Of a DNA stretch of 64,000 bases, positions 45,880-59,546 are shown piece by piece (within the stretch, counting starts at the first letter, position 1; each line of letters opens with the position of its first letter). The stretch is from the NCBI GenBank assembly GCA_964016885.1, contig OZ024763.1, positions 16,678,001 through 16,742,000 on the forward strand, written 5' to 3'. This stretch comes from Eledone cirrhosa. Lineage: Eukaryota. The position numbers were made by a program, and so were the translations under genes. The notes beneath the pieces are model-generated. The model was not told where the DNA came from, made no database searches, and saw only the letters and a list, made by a program, of their open reading frames with translations.

Positions 45880-46213
45880 CATATATATATATATAAATAT
45901 ATATACATATATGTATTTATATATATATATATCATATATATATATATAAATATATATACATATATGTATTTATATATATATCATATATATCAATATATAT
46001 ACATATATGTATTTATATATATATATATCATATATATATATATACACACATACACATATATCTGTATCTAATAATAATAATATTGAAACGAAGTCATTGG
46101 AAGAACCAATCGCTGTATATATGTGTGTGTATGTATATATATATATATATATATATAATGTGTGTGTGTATGTATATATATATATATAATGTGTGTGTGT
46201 TCATGTGTTCATG

Positions 46214-46263
<50 letters not shown>

Positions 46264-46270
46264 GTGTGTG
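45365..46270. repeat. (TA)n-rich microsatellite field
   Basis: Direct reading. Confidence 0.92.
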
Positions 46271-46358
46271 TGTAAAAGGTAAACAGAAATAACAACACAA
46301 TCAGTACAGTCTATGGAAGGGATATATTAGGTTAACGCTTGAAATAGCAGGAAGAGGG

Positions 46359-46394
46359 TCTTAACGTTTCGGATGCTAGTCCTTCATCAGAAGA
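46359..46394 (-). ncRNA. Minimal hammerhead ribozyme motif
   Basis: Minus strand: tctt-CTGATGA-a gga ctagca tcc-GAAA-cgt-T-aaga; stem III ACGT palindrome, GUU triplet. Confidence 0.6.
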
Positions 46395-46487
46395 AAGAAT
46401 GCGAAATAAGATAGATTGAGGTGGCAGGAGAGTTGGAATTGGAAAAAATGTCTTTACATAAAAATAACAGGTCCATTCATAAAGGAA

Positions 46488-46600
46488 ATTGGCAGAGGCA
46501 TTACAGAAGTATTCATTCTGGCTTGATACGTTGTGAGTTCAAATCATACCGAGGTGGACTTAGTCTTTTCATACCATTGTGGTTGTTAAATAAAGTACCA
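46488..46600 (+). mobile_element. Old diverged SINE B-related copy
   Basis: gagttcaaat..ccgaggtggactt..cttttcat..taaataaagtacca. Confidence 0.6.
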
Positions 46601-47194
46601 TCATTAATCCTGCTACAGATGTTACTATAACAACCTGTTAGGACTGGGGACCCTATCTGCAAACCCCCTGAAAGACCTTACATAGCTCCAATACAGTTTA
46701 TAATTCTATGCAGTTACAGAGTAGTTCGAGTTATTTGACCACAGCCCAGGCTTTCAGTTATTTGACCCCTGTTTTAAATATTAACACTTTAGTTACCAAC
46801 CCAGCCAAAACCAGCTCTGGTTCCATAAAATAAGGTCACTCATATTAAATATTAACACTTTAGTTACTAACCCAGGCAAAACCAGCTCTATAAAATTTTA
46901 AAGGTTTCCAATTTAAATTAAAAATCTTCCAACATAATTTTACATATGTATACATATATATATATCTCAGTTCATTTTCATCAGTTCAGGTTGAACAAGT
47001 TGGTTTTTAGGGCTAACGAAACATACATATCTGGTATGACGCCATTGTCGTAATTGGCCTTAATAATTATATTAAAACTTGCCCTTGGATATGTTTACCA
47101 ACATATTACTGCTATCCAGACAGCTTCCAAAAATAATGGTCGCATCTAATAGGGTACGTCAAAATTATTTATAAACCTGTTTATATATTGTATT

Positions 47195-47251
47195 TTGTCT
47201 GATGAAGGCATACCATATTTTAATTTGGTATCCCTGAAATATGTATAATGA
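47195..47251 (+). ncRNA. Hammerhead ribozyme motif in a relative of the 38338-39528 family
   Basis: ttgt-CTGATGA-aggcatacca tattttaatt tggtatccct-GAAA-tatgtat-A-atga. Confidence 0.62.
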
Positions 47252-47293
47252 AGTAAATATGGTTTTAAATATAGTTTCCATTTATTTAATATC

Positions 47294-47349
<56 letters not shown>

Positions 47350-47480
47350 GTTTGCTGGTGGTCATCCACACTGACAAATACTGGCTCTGACCCCCTTCGG
47401 GTCTTAAACATTTCCCCCTACTTTTCAGCCCCTTGGATTGTGTCTACCATTATTATATTCCTTTATTAGAGAAATTTTGT

Positions 47481-47540
47481 AACACCTGATGATGTCACCA
47501 GGTTCCTATGGAACCCGGTCATTGAAATGTGCATAGTGTT
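47481..47540 (+). ncRNA. Hammerhead ribozyme motif
   Basis: aacac-CTGATGA-tgtcaccaggttcc tat ggaacccggtcatt-GAAA-tgtgcat-A-gtgtt; 5-bp stem I. Confidence 0.68.
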
Positions 47541-47606
47541 TGTAGTAAACCTTTAAGGAATTTCACCAGTCCAGCCTCCTGTCATTTTACTCAATAATAT
47601 ATATAT

Positions 47607-47664
<58 letters not shown>

Positions 47665-47701
47665 ATGTATATATGTATATATATATATGTATGTATGTAT
47701 A

Positions 47702-47739
<38 letters not shown>

Positions 47740-47743
<4 letters not shown>

Positions 47744-47930
47744 AGTAAGTAAGACCCCGACGGCGGAGCTCAAGCCGTTTCGACGGCTAATTCTGTACTG
47801 AATTAGCCGTCGAAACGGCTTGAGCTCAGCCGTCGGGGTCTTACTTACTCCTATTACCCACTCTACTACCCTAAGTATTGAGTACTTTGGTGCGTTATGG
47901 TCCACCTGGTTCCTTACCACTTCTCCTTCG

Positions 47931-47931
<1 letters not shown>
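47740..47931. mobile_element. Fold-back element (palindrome 47740-47853) within (TA)n
   Basis: ~53-bp arms around ctgtactg; a differently inverted copy of the same family lies at about 33965-34090. Confidence 0.78.
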
Positions 47932-47982
<51 letters not shown>

Positions 47983-48088
47983 GGAAAAAATGAAACAAAA
48001 TTTCATTTCCCAGTCTTAGTACAGCTGTTACTTAAATAGAAGTATGTATACGTACATACATATATGTATACAGACGTACAGTAGTATG

Positions 48089-48182
<94 letters not shown>

Positions 48183-48212
48183 TATATGTGTGTATATATA
48201 TATATATGTGTG

Positions 48213-48246
<34 letters not shown>

Positions 48247-48338
48247 TGTGTGTATATATATATATATATATGTGTGTATATATATATATATATGTGTGTG
48301 TATATATATATATATATATGTGTGTATATATATATATA

Positions 48339-48409
<71 letters not shown>

Positions 48410-48440
48410 GTATATATATATGTATATGTATATATATATG

Positions 48441-48487
<47 letters not shown>

Positions 48488-48780
48488 CAGTGGCGAAGGG
48501 TAACCTGGAAACCAGGCCATGCAGTCCAATCACCGTGGTGGAAAGTGGGGTTGTGCAGCCTGACGACCCCCCCCCCCCCCCAATTCCCTCTAAATGACCT
48601 TCCCGGTCAAAGCCGCATGTAGTGTTATCTAGTGTGTGTGTGTGTGTGTGTTATCTTTTTATGTGTCTACGTTTTAGTAAGCAGCCAAAATTCTGCTTGC
48701 TTCAACTGACGCAATTGATCAACTCAAGATTCTATAACGCATGCACTGCATGCGTTGCATGCATGGACCCTTCGCCCCTG
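48488..48780. mobile_element. hAT-like MITE
   Basis: TIRs cagtggcgaagggt / acccttcgcccctg (13 of 14 match); TSD not cleanly resolvable in TA-rich flanks. Confidence 0.6.
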
Positions 48781-48814
48781 GTATATATATATGTATATAT
48801 ATATAGAGAGAGAG

Positions 48815-49352
48815 AGAGAAAAATACTGCAGGTAGCACATGGATAACATGTAATAAAATGAGTCCCTCATCAGTGATTTGCCGACGATCATAGATATTTC
48901 ATTGCATTAAAAATCATATACCTCACGTCGGTGCAATAATAACCAAAATAAGGACAATTAAAACGCGTAAAGCGAGTGAGACAGGAAAACAACAAAGAGT
49001 ATGGCTAACCAGGGGAAAGAAACAAGCTTCAAAAATTATTCTGTTTAGCATAAGCTAGGTGAATATATGAGCGCTTTTAGAACAGACCCGACACGAGCGA
49101 AGGCTATGTGCGGAGAGAGAAAAATAGCCTTCGTGGTGTAGTGTACAGGATGAAATGAAGAGAAGAGAGAGAAACAGTGAGTGAGTGAAAGTGTGAGGAA
49201 GAGTTAACTGACATGACAGAGGGGGAGAAACAGAGAGAATGGGGGAACAGTAAGAGAGAGAGAAAAAAACACAGAATCGCAGTGGTAAATATATGTAATA
49301 AAATATAGAGAAAAATACTGCAGGTAGCACATGGATAACTGTAATAAAATGA
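48815..49352 (-). mobile_element. Element bounded by ~46-bp direct repeats (period about 492 bp); putative Penelope-like or retrozyme-like monomer
   Basis: agagaaaaatactgcaggtagcacatggataac(a)tgtaataaaatga at both ends; minus-strand CTGATGA at 48867-48873; homologous to 26174-26250. Confidence 0.6.
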
Positions 49353-49483
49353 TATATATGGATTGAGAGGGACGAGGTTGGGTGGTTACTGATAACGGGT
49401 CTTAGAAAGTTAAGGGAACGCACACATGTATACAAGCATATGTTTCTAAAACATTGACATTATATTGTTATTAGAAGAAAAAA

Positions 49484-49673
49484 TGGCGGTGGATTGGAAG
49501 TATCGGTAGAGGGTCGGACGCCATGCTTTGACGCATAGAGTTACGGCCCTTGCCATTCGGCGTTCAAATCCCACTGAGGTTAACTTTGCCTTTCATCCTT
49601 ACGGGGTCGATAAAATAAAGTACCAGTAATGCACTGGGTAATTGCTGGCCTTGTGCCAAAAAGTAGAAACAAT
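49484..49673 (+). mobile_element. Full-length SINE family B with 21-bp TSD
   Basis: TSD tattgttattagaagaaaaaa at 49463-49483 and 49674-49694; tRNA-like A and B boxes. Confidence 0.93.
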
Positions 49674-49709
49674 TATTGTTATTAGAAGAAAAAAAAGGAA
49701 GATATAAAC

Positions 49710-50685
49710 ACACCCAACCAACCAACCAACCATCGCACCATCACCGCCCAATAGGCCAACCCACCAATCAGCCAACTAACCCATGAACCAATCCACCAAC
49801 CAACCAACCAACCAACCAACCCACCAACCCTCCACCACCACCACCCAAGAGACCAACCAACCAGTCAACCAGCCCAATAACCAGCCAACCATTTCACCAA
49901 CCAGCCCATCGATCTACTACCCAACCAACCAACCAACACATCAACCAGTCAACTAACCAACCAGCCCACCATCACCACTCAAGAGACCAGTCAACCAGCA
50001 CAGCAACCAGCCCACCAACCAACCAACCATCTTACTAACACATCAACTAACCATATCACCAACCAACCAACCATTTCCTCACCCCATCACCCCACCAACC
50101 CAACCCAACCAACCATCATTCATCCCATCAACCCAACAAGCCAACCAACCAACCAACAAACCAACCCACCAACACACTACCCAACCAACAAACCAACCCA
50201 CCAACACACCACCCAACCAACAAACCAACCAACCAACCAACACATCAACCAGTCAACTAACCAACCAGCCCACCATCACCACTCAAGAGACCAGCCCAGC
50301 AACCAGCCCAGCAACCAACCAACCAACCATTTCCTCACCCCAACACCACACGAACCCAACCCAACCAACCATCATCCATCCCATCAACCCAACAAGCCTA
50401 CCAACCAACAAACCAACCAACCCACCAACCAACCAACCAACCAACCATCTTACTAACACATCAACTAACCATATCACCAACCAACCAACCATTTCCTCAT
50501 CCCATCAACCCAACAAGCCTACCAACCAACAAACCCACCACCCAACCAACATACCAACCCACCAACCAACCACCCAACCAACATACCAACCCACCAACAC
50601 ACCACCCAACCAACAAACTACCCTACCAACACACCACCCAACCAACAAACTACCCCACCAACACACCACCCAACCAACATACCAA
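49710..50685. repeat. (AACC)n-derived tract with internal duplications
   Basis: Direct reading. Confidence 0.88.
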
Positions 50686-50974
50686 TAGTACACTCTGCAT
50701 CATTGGTTAGAATAATCTAATTGAGACCAATTGAAAAAAATGAGATTCTCTTTGACTAGTGACAAAAAAAGCCATTGATTTAATCCAGTTATCTCTGAAG
50801 AATACATTTGAGAGTATCATTGGTCGTCTGATGATGGACTCTTTTTTAACCAGCCCTACCTCATTACCTCCCCTTGCTTTGGGGGTTTCTTTTTTTTTTT
50901 GTGGTGGTGGTGGTAGTGGTGGTGGGGGTGTTGAATGGGGAGTGGGGGTTTATGGTGTAAGGGAGGTCAAAGTT

Positions 50975-51248
50975 GACACACATATTACGCTCACACACAC
51001 ACAAACACAGATACTTGCATACACACACACACAAACGCAAAGACTTGCATACACACATATCACTCTCACACACACACACAAACACAAACACTTGCATACA
51101 CACATATCACTCTCACACACACACACACACAGAGACTTGCATACACACATATCACGCTCACACACACACAAACACAAACACTTGCATACACACATATCAC
51201 GCTCACACACACACACAAACACAGACACTTGCATACACACATATCACG

Positions 51249-51289
<41 letters not shown>

Positions 51290-51631
51290 TTGCATACACA
51301 CATCACGCTCACACACACACACACACACAAACACATACTCACACAGATAGATTGACATACACAGACACATGCATACACATATACACACACGCAGTGATAG
51401 ACACACCCACATACTCACACGCAGATAGACTGACATACACAGACACATGCATACACACACACACCCACAGACAGACACACGCATACACACGCATGCACAC
51501 ATAGACACGCATACACACGCATACACACGCATACACACTCACATACACAGGCACCCATACATACACACACACACACACACACATACATATACATAGAGGC
51601 ACAGACATACACACTCACATACACAGGCACC

Positions 51632-51662
<31 letters not shown>

Positions 51663-52920
51663 ACATACATACATATACATAGAGGCACAGACATACACAC
51701 ACACAGACACACACATACTCACATACATATACACAGACATATACAGACATACATACCCACACATACATACACATACACACACATACTCACATACGTATAC
51801 ACAAAGACAGACATACACACATATACACACACATACTCACACAGGCATACACAGACAAACACCCACACATACATTACATACACACACGCATACACACACA
51901 TAGACACAGACATATATAGACAGAGACAGACATACACACACACACACACACACACATACACATACATACTCACATACATATACACAGACATACACACACA
52001 CATACATATACATACACACACACATACATATACATACACATAGACACACACATACACACACATACACACACATAGACACAGACAGACACAGACATATACA
52101 CAGGCGTACACCCACACACACATAGACACACACACACATACACACACATACATACACACACACATACACACACACTATGGTTGTTGGGTTATGTATTAAT
52201 ATCATAATTTTGCTTATGGAGTCTTTTAAGCCCTCCTTCCCTTCCCCCTGGGGGTTTGGGGGGGGAGCAGTTACTGAATAAAGGCCATCAAAGGTGGCAT
52301 ACACACACATATATATACAAATGCAGACATACACGCACACATATACACACAGGCACACAAACATATACACAAACGCACACACATAGACACATATGTACAC
52401 ACACATGCACGACACAAACACACATAGACACATATGTACACATATGTACACACACACGCACGACACAAACACACATAGACACATATGTACACATATGTAC
52501 ACACACACATATGTAAACACGCACAAACAGACATACACACAAATAAACACGCACATAAACACTCAAACAAACACACACATATACACACACACAAATAAAC
52601 ACACATATAAACACACAAACAAACACACACATAAACACACAAACAAACACACATAAACACACAAACAAACACACACACACAAATAAACACACAAACAAAC
52701 ACACACATAAACACACAAACAAACACACAAACAAACACACACATAAACACACACACAAACACACACACACACATAAACACACAAACACACACATAAACGC
52801 AAACAAACACACATAAACACACAAACAAACACACATAAACACACAAACACACACACACACATAAACACATACACACAAACGTGCAAAGACACACACACAC
52901 ACAAACACACGCACATACAC
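50975..52920. repeat. (CA)n-based compound minisatellites
   Basis: Anchors such as cttgcatacacacatatcacgctc. Confidence 0.9.
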
Positions 52921-53135
52921 TGTGATTTGCTTGACTGTATATTAATGATTTAATATAACAATTGACAACTCTGCAACTGTGTTGACATCAAGTTGACTAA
53001 ACCTCAAATAGTGCAGTCTACTAGGCTGTTGATGGAACCCACCATGGGTGTATATTGTGTGTGTATGTGTGTATATTGTGTATATGATGTGTGTATGTGA
53101 ATGAAAGTGTGTGTATGTATGAATATGTGTGCATG

Positions 53136-54081
53136 CATCATCATCATCATCTTCGTTTAACATCCATCTTCCACGCCAGCATGTGTTAGACGGGAGTTGT
53201 CCCAATTTGAGGCAAGGCTGGTTGGGTGACCGTGTCTCGCTCGTATAGTACTATCTGGCAGGTTTTCTACGGCTGGATGCCCTTCCTAACACCAACCACA
53301 TTTACCATGTTACCTACACGGCCACATTACAGCGTGGGCTGTGCGTTTTTACCGAGTTACTTACATGGCCACATTACAGCGTGGACTGTGTGTTTTTACC
53401 GTGTTACCTACACAGCCACATTACAGCGTGGACTGTGTGTTTTTACTGTGTTACCTACATGGCCACATTACAGCGTGGACTGTGTGTTTTTACTGTGTTA
53501 CCTACATGGCCACATTACAGCGTGGGCTGTGCGTTTTTACCGAGTTACTTACATGGCCACATTACAGCGTGGACTGTGTGTTTTTACCGTGTTACCTACA
53601 CAGCCACATTACAGCGTGGACTGTGTGTTTTTACTGTGTTACCTACATGGCCACATTACAGCGTGGACTGTGTGTTTTTACCGTGCTACCTACACGGCCA
53701 CATTACAGCGTGGACTGTGTGTTTTTACCGTGTTACCTACACGGCCACATTACAGCGTGGACTGTGTGTTTTTACCGTGTTACCTACACAGCCACATTAC
53801 AGCGTGGACTGTGTGTTTTTACCGTGTTACTTACATGGCCACATTACAGCGTGGACTGTGTGTTTTTACCGTGCTACCTACACGGCCACATTACAGCGTG
53901 GACTGTGTGTTTTTACCGTGCTACCTACACGGCCACATTACAGCGTGGACTGTGTGTTTTTACCGTGTTACTTACACGGCCACATTACAGCGTGGACTGT
54001 GTTTTTACCGTGTTACTTACACAGCCACATTACAGCGTGGACTGTGTTTTTACCGTGTTACTTACACGACCACTTACAGCG
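53136..54081 (-). mobile_element. RTE-A 3'UTR copy with the 47-bp module amplified about 16 times (53303-54081)
   Basis: Unit ccacattacagcgtggactgtgtgtttttaccgtgttacctacacgg; (CAT)n tail at left; abuts a piggyBac-like MITE end at 54082-54114. Confidence 0.92.
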
Positions 54082-54399
54082 CGGATATGGCCGGTTTAAA
54101 TGCTAAAGGGTTAATGGTTAGTTAATCCAGCCCTGACAACTACAACAGTGTTAAGGTTTTAAGGAGCTGCTGTAGCATGGCCTTAACTGTGGTGGATCAA
54201 ACAAACAAACAAAACATGGAAATATAAAAAAAAAACTAGAAGAACTTCATCATTTAAAACTTTGTTTGTTGTATAAAATTATTTTTGGTAAAGTTGGTGA
54301 GATTTGTTGGATTATAATAGAAACTGGGAAGGGGGTGGAGAGAGAGAGGGGTGGGCAAGAGAAATAGAGAGAGATAGTGTGTGGTAGAGGAGGGAAAGA

Positions 54400-55420
54400 A
54401 ATAGTGGGAGAGAGCGAGAAAGAGAAATAGAGAGAGAGAGAAAGACCAAGAGAAAGAAAGAAATGGAGAGCAAGAGAAAGAAAGAAATGGAGAGAGCGAG
54501 AAAGAAAGAAAGAGGGAGAGCAAGAGAGAGAAAGACCAAGAGAAAGAAAGAAATGGAGAGCGAGAGAGAGAAAGAGAAAGAAAGAAATGGAGAGCGAGAG
54601 AGAGAAAGACCAAGAGAAAGAAAGAAATGGAGAGCGAGAGAGAGAAAGACCAAGAGAAAGAAAGAAATGGAGAGCGAGAGAGAGAAAGAGAAAGAAAGAA
54701 ATGGAGAGCGAGAGAGAGAAAGACCAAGAGAAAGAAAGAAATGAGAGAGAGAAAGACCAAGAGAAAGAAAGAAATGGAGAGCGAGAAAGAGAAAGAAAGA
54801 AATGGAGAGCGAGAGAGAGAAAGACCAAGAGAAAGAAAGAAATGGAGAGCGAGAGAGAGAAAGACCAAGAGAAAGAAAGAAATGGAGAGAGATAGAGATA
54901 GAAAGAGCAAGGGAAAGAAAGAAATGGAGAGAGATAGAGATAGAAAGACCAAGGGAAAGAAAGAAATGGAGAGAGATAGAGATAGAAAGAGCAAGGGAAA
55001 GAAAGAAATGGAGAGAGATAGAGATAGAAAGACCAAGGGAAAGAAAGAAATGGAGAGAGATAGAGATAGAAAGAGCAAGGGAAAGAAAGAAATGGAGAGA
55101 GATAGAGATAGAAAGAGCAAGGGAAAGAAAGAAATGGAGAGAGAGAGAGAGAGATAGAAAGACCAAGGGAAAGAAAGAAATGGAGAGAGAGAGATAGAGA
55201 TAGAAAGACCAAGGGAAAGAAAGAAATGGAGAGAGAGAGAGATAGAAAGAGCAAGGGAAAGAAAGAAAGAAAGACAGAGAGATAGAAAGACCAAGGGAAA
55301 GAAAGAAATGGAGAGAGAGAGAGATAGAGATAGAAAGACCAAGGGAAAGAAAGAAATGGAGAGAGAGAGAGATAGAAAGAGCAAGGGAAAGAAAGAAAGA
55401 AAGAAAGAAAGACAGAGAGA
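54400..55420. repeat. GA-rich minisatellites (aagaccaagagaaagaaagaaatggagag.., units about 39 bp)
   Basis: Direct reading. Confidence 0.92.
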
Positions 55421-55925
55421 TATCATGGAAAACAAACAAAATAAAGAACAAAAAAAATAGAGGTTTCTTTACTGGTCAAGAGGGGATGAAAATATATATA
55501 TATATGGTCAGTTTTTTTGCTTGTTATATAGCTGAAACCAGCATTTGTTGAGAGGTGGTCATGTAGGTAGGATATTGAGGTGGTCATGTAGGTAGTATAG
55601 AGCTGGTCATCTAGATATTGTATGTTGTGGTTCAGAACAACAGGGATTCCTTTATTTAAATTTCAGGTTGACATAGCAAAGAAAATGGTTGTCCAAGAAA
55701 GAATGTAGAATATAGATGTGTGTGTGTGTGTGTGTGTGTGTTTGTGTATGTATATATATGTATATAATATAGATGTGTGTGTATATATATGTATATAATA
55801 TAGATGTGTGTATGTGTGTATATATATGTGTGTATGTGTGTGTATGTAAATATATATATATGCATATATACACACCTGCACAATCATGTATATTATCATA
55901 AAGATACGCAGACATAGATACATAC

Positions 55926-56000
<75 letters not shown>

Positions 56001-56068
56001 GGTCCCGGGTTGAGTCGGGGATAACCACAGTAAGTAAGGTACTCAATACATGGCAGAGTAAATTTTTT

Positions 56069-56194
56069 TATTTTATAGAAGGAGCTTCTACAGGACTAGT
56101 ACTGTTTCATTCAGATGAAATCTTCAGGAAGCTTCCTGAAGGTTTCATCTGAATGAAACAGTACTAGTCCTGTAGAAGCTCCTTCTATAAAATA
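56069..56194. repeat. Near-perfect palindrome centred on gaagcttc, within (TA)n
   Basis: ~60-bp arms; minus arm reads CTGAAGA-tttcatctgaat-GAAAC-agtacta-GTC (hammerhead-like but no stem I). Confidence 0.88.
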
Positions 56195-56195
56195 A

Positions 56196-56271
<76 letters not shown>

Positions 56272-56374
56272 TATATACACATATACATATATGTATATAT
56301 ATATATACATATATATATACACATATACATATATGTACACAAACACACATATATATATGCATAAATATATACAT

Positions 56375-56408
<34 letters not shown>

Positions 56409-56561
56409 CCAAACCCATGCAAGCGTGGAAGATGGACGTTAAACGATGATGATGATATATATATATATGCTTGTATATGAATGTATATATATATACATAG
56501 ATATATGTACACAAACACATATATATGCATAGATATATACATACACATTTATGTACATACG

Positions 56562-56598
<37 letters not shown>

Positions 56599-56620
56599 TC
56601 ATACATACATTTTTATATAT

Positions 56621-56665
<45 letters not shown>

Positions 56666-57399
56666 CATATATATTTATACACACCCATATATATTTATAC
56701 ACACACACACACACCCATATATATATATGCACACACACACCCATATATATATATATATACACACACACACATATATATACACACACAAACTCACACATGG
56801 GCAGGAGCAAAAGTCATTCTACTGGGAGCATAAGAGAGACTTTAACAAATCTGGTTTTAGATTTGTGTGAAAGTCTCGCTGCTCTTTTGATTTGAAGGGG
56901 GGGGGGGGGTAACACCTCTTTCCACCTTCACCACCACCAACGCCACCACCTTCACCACCACGACCACCTTCACCACCAACAACAACACCTTCACCAACAC
57001 CACCACCACAAAAAAAAAAAAAAAAAAAACAAAGCAAAGCAAAAGAAATGAAAAAAAGAGCCAGTCTTTTTATGTCAACAAAAGCCAGTGTGGGAGACAT
57101 TTGTACTGGAAATAATTGTAACCACCATATTTATGTCGTGAATGAAATACAACAGGGATTCTTAGGTTTTTCAGCATCCCTAAAAATAGCCACCATTATC
57201 TTAGATTTCTTCTTTACAAATAGATAGTCAGAGAAAACTATAGTTTTCAGATTTAAAGACATGGAGAAATAATTAGGATTGAAATGTGTCTCTGTGTGTC
57301 TGTCCCAAAGTAGATGACCTTGGTAATAATTGAGAATTGAGAATAGAGAAAATTGGGTAAAGTAGCTTCAGCTGTCTTATGTTTTTTTTTTTTCCTCTT

Positions 57400-58016
57400 T
57401 CTCTTGTTATGTCCACAAGAGTGTCAGCTACAAAGCTTGGCTAGATGTGGTTCCATCACAGCTGAACACATTGATGTCCTTTCTCATTAAACTCTGCCAA
57501 TCTGTGCAGGGCTGTTCCAGCAGGGGCCATGTCAGGTGTTGTGTAGTCTGTGGTTTGATGTGTAACAGGAGATAATTATAACAGGATGACTTTTTAATGT
57601 GTTGTGAAGGAAATAATGTAATTGTTATAACGTCGACAAGAATAATGTTCGTGAGATGAAAAGTATGTTTATTTTGTTGTGGCACAAAGTAATGTTTTGT
57701 TAAATTGTATGGTGGCAGTTCAACCTAAAAAAGGTTTCAAAAGGAATGTGCCATTGTGCCAGGCCCGAGGCAGGCCGGCAGGCCAAAGTGCAACATCTCA
57801 CCGTTACATGTTGTTCCTTCGAAGTTCAGGATGTGAGAGAGAGATTCTTCAAATCCTTGCGGGGAATTTCTCCCTCAGGGCGCGTAGGGATACATTCTCT
57901 TCTGCTGGCGCTGATTGGCTGAGCTGAGCCAAATCACGCACAGAGAATGTATGTGAGCCCGCAGAACATAGGTCACTACAATGTTGTCTATCACTACAGA
58001 TGCCACAGTCACACAA
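57400..58016 (-). mobile_element. Ingi/Vingi-like LINE 3' end (copy 1), interrupted by a solo LTR
   Basis: 57400-57560 is homologous to 58120-58292; sequence resumes as gatgccacagtcacaca after the LTR. Confidence 0.75.
57561..57998 (-). mobile_element. Solo LTR (438 bp), Gypsy-like
   Basis: TG...CA termini (minus strand TGTAGTG...GTTACA); 4-bp TSD GATG at 57557-57560 and 57999-58002; minus-strand CCAAT near 57914 and AATAAA at 57668-57673. Confidence 0.8.
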
Positions 58017-58119
58017 CTTTCGAGTAAAACCACTATATATACACACTGTATATTATATATCACACTATATACACCACACACTATATATATATATGTACAC
58101 ACAAGAATAAATGAGAGTC

Positions 58120-58525
58120 TTCTTCTTGTCTTGTCCACAACAGTGTCAGCCGCAAAGCTTGGCTAGATGTGGTTCCATCACAGCTGAACACATTGCTGTC
58201 CTTTCTCATTAAACTCTGCCAAGTCCAATACTGTGTAGGGGTGTTCCAGCAGGGGGCTTATCAGGAGGTGCTGTATAGTCTGTGGTTTGATGCCGCAGTC
58301 ACACACACCGTCCCCGTCCTTTAAATATCTCCATTTTGCAAGAGTGACTTTTGCACGACCAACACCAGATCTTAGTCTGTTGAGGCATTTCCACACTGCA
58401 TAGTTTGTATCTGCTCCAGGGGACAATGCCTCACTCGCCTTTAGCTCCATTGTTGTTAATGATGGGAGGTTGTTAAGTTTTTCTTACCAGTAAGTGACGC
58501 TTTCACTAAAGAAGCTATGGAGACG
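58120..58525 (-). mobile_element. Ingi/Vingi-like LINE C-terminal fragment (copy 2)
   Basis: WKCLNRLRSGVGR..LAKW..CDCG..QTIQHLL matches the C-terminal CCHC region of I-group Ingi/Vingi ORFs (last Cys lost); AAG-repeat tail. Confidence 0.75.
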
Positions 58526-58566
58526 GGCTAAAAGAAAAAAACATGGACGAAGATACTACTAGCTTT

Positions 58567-58924
58567 CATCATCATCATCATCATCATTCATCATCATTTC
58601 ATTTTACATCCGCTTTTTCCCTGCTTGCAAGGGTGGGACGGGAACTGATTCTGGCTTGATTTCTACAGCTGGATGCCCTTCCTAACACCAACCTCATTTA
58701 CAGTGAGTGCTGGGTGCTTTTTTTGCCGTGGCACTTCCACGACCACTTTGCAGTGGAATGATAGGGACCCCAGTCCCTATCATCTCATTTCTACAGCTGA
58801 GTAAACTGGAGCAATGTGAAATAAAGTGTCTTGCTCAAGGAAACAGCACATCACCCGGCCTGAGAATTGAACTCACAACCTTTCGATTGCAAGGCCAATG
58901 CTCTAACCACTAAGCCATGTGCCT
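58567..58924 (-). mobile_element. Full-length SINE family A
   Basis: Reverse complement of 41482-41817. Confidence 0.92.
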
Positions 58925-59215
58925 TTGTAAAGAAATAAATGTTTCCTCACATAAAAACCAGGCAGTTGTGTGTCCTAACGTAAATAACCAAACTTGCCTC
59001 TAAACGGGACAAACCCGTCTAACCCATGCTAGCGTGGAAGATCGATGTTAAACAACATTGGTGATGATGATATATATATTTAATATTCTTATTTTATTTT
59101 TAATATTCAGCAAGGCCAGCTGTAACTCGCTCGGTATGCAAATGAGGCTACTCAGCCAATATGTACTTAAATTACTATATATTTTCAACCGTTCAACACA
59201 TTGGCAGAGGTATAG

Positions 59216-59254
59216 AGTCCTGATGAAGGCTAATGACCCAGAAACATGTTGATT
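59216..59254 (+). ncRNA. Minimal hammerhead-like motif
   Basis: agtc-CTGATGA-aggctaatgaccca-GAAA-catgt-T-gatt; stem III ACATGT palindrome; stem II weak. Confidence 0.5.
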
Positions 59255-59446
59255 GTTCCTCAAAGCCAGTGTTGAACAAACAAGTGACGACTGGTCACCG
59301 GGAAGGCATAGCTTCTAATCAGACCATTTGTTTACAAACGAATCAAACATTACTATTAATGTACATATATATGTCTATATATATATATATACATGTGTAT
59401 ATATATATATATATATACATGTGTATATATATATATATATATATAA

Positions 59447-59506
<60 letters not shown>

Positions 59507-59546
59507 GTGTATATATATGTATATATATATATATACATGTGTATAT

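Noticed and set aside
53226-54125. Cys/His-rich repetitive ORFs resembling metal-binding proteins
   Set aside because: A 47-bp non-triplet repeat read through all three frames; antisense of the RTE-A 3'UTR
55669-55705. Possible plus-strand exon VDIAKKMVVQER after tttaaatttcag
   Set aside because: No convincing donor site and no supporting neighbouring exons
58707-58913. Recurrent 68-aa ORF (also at 41495, 59673 and within 37797-38195)
   Set aside because: Antisense reading of SINE A copies, not a gene family
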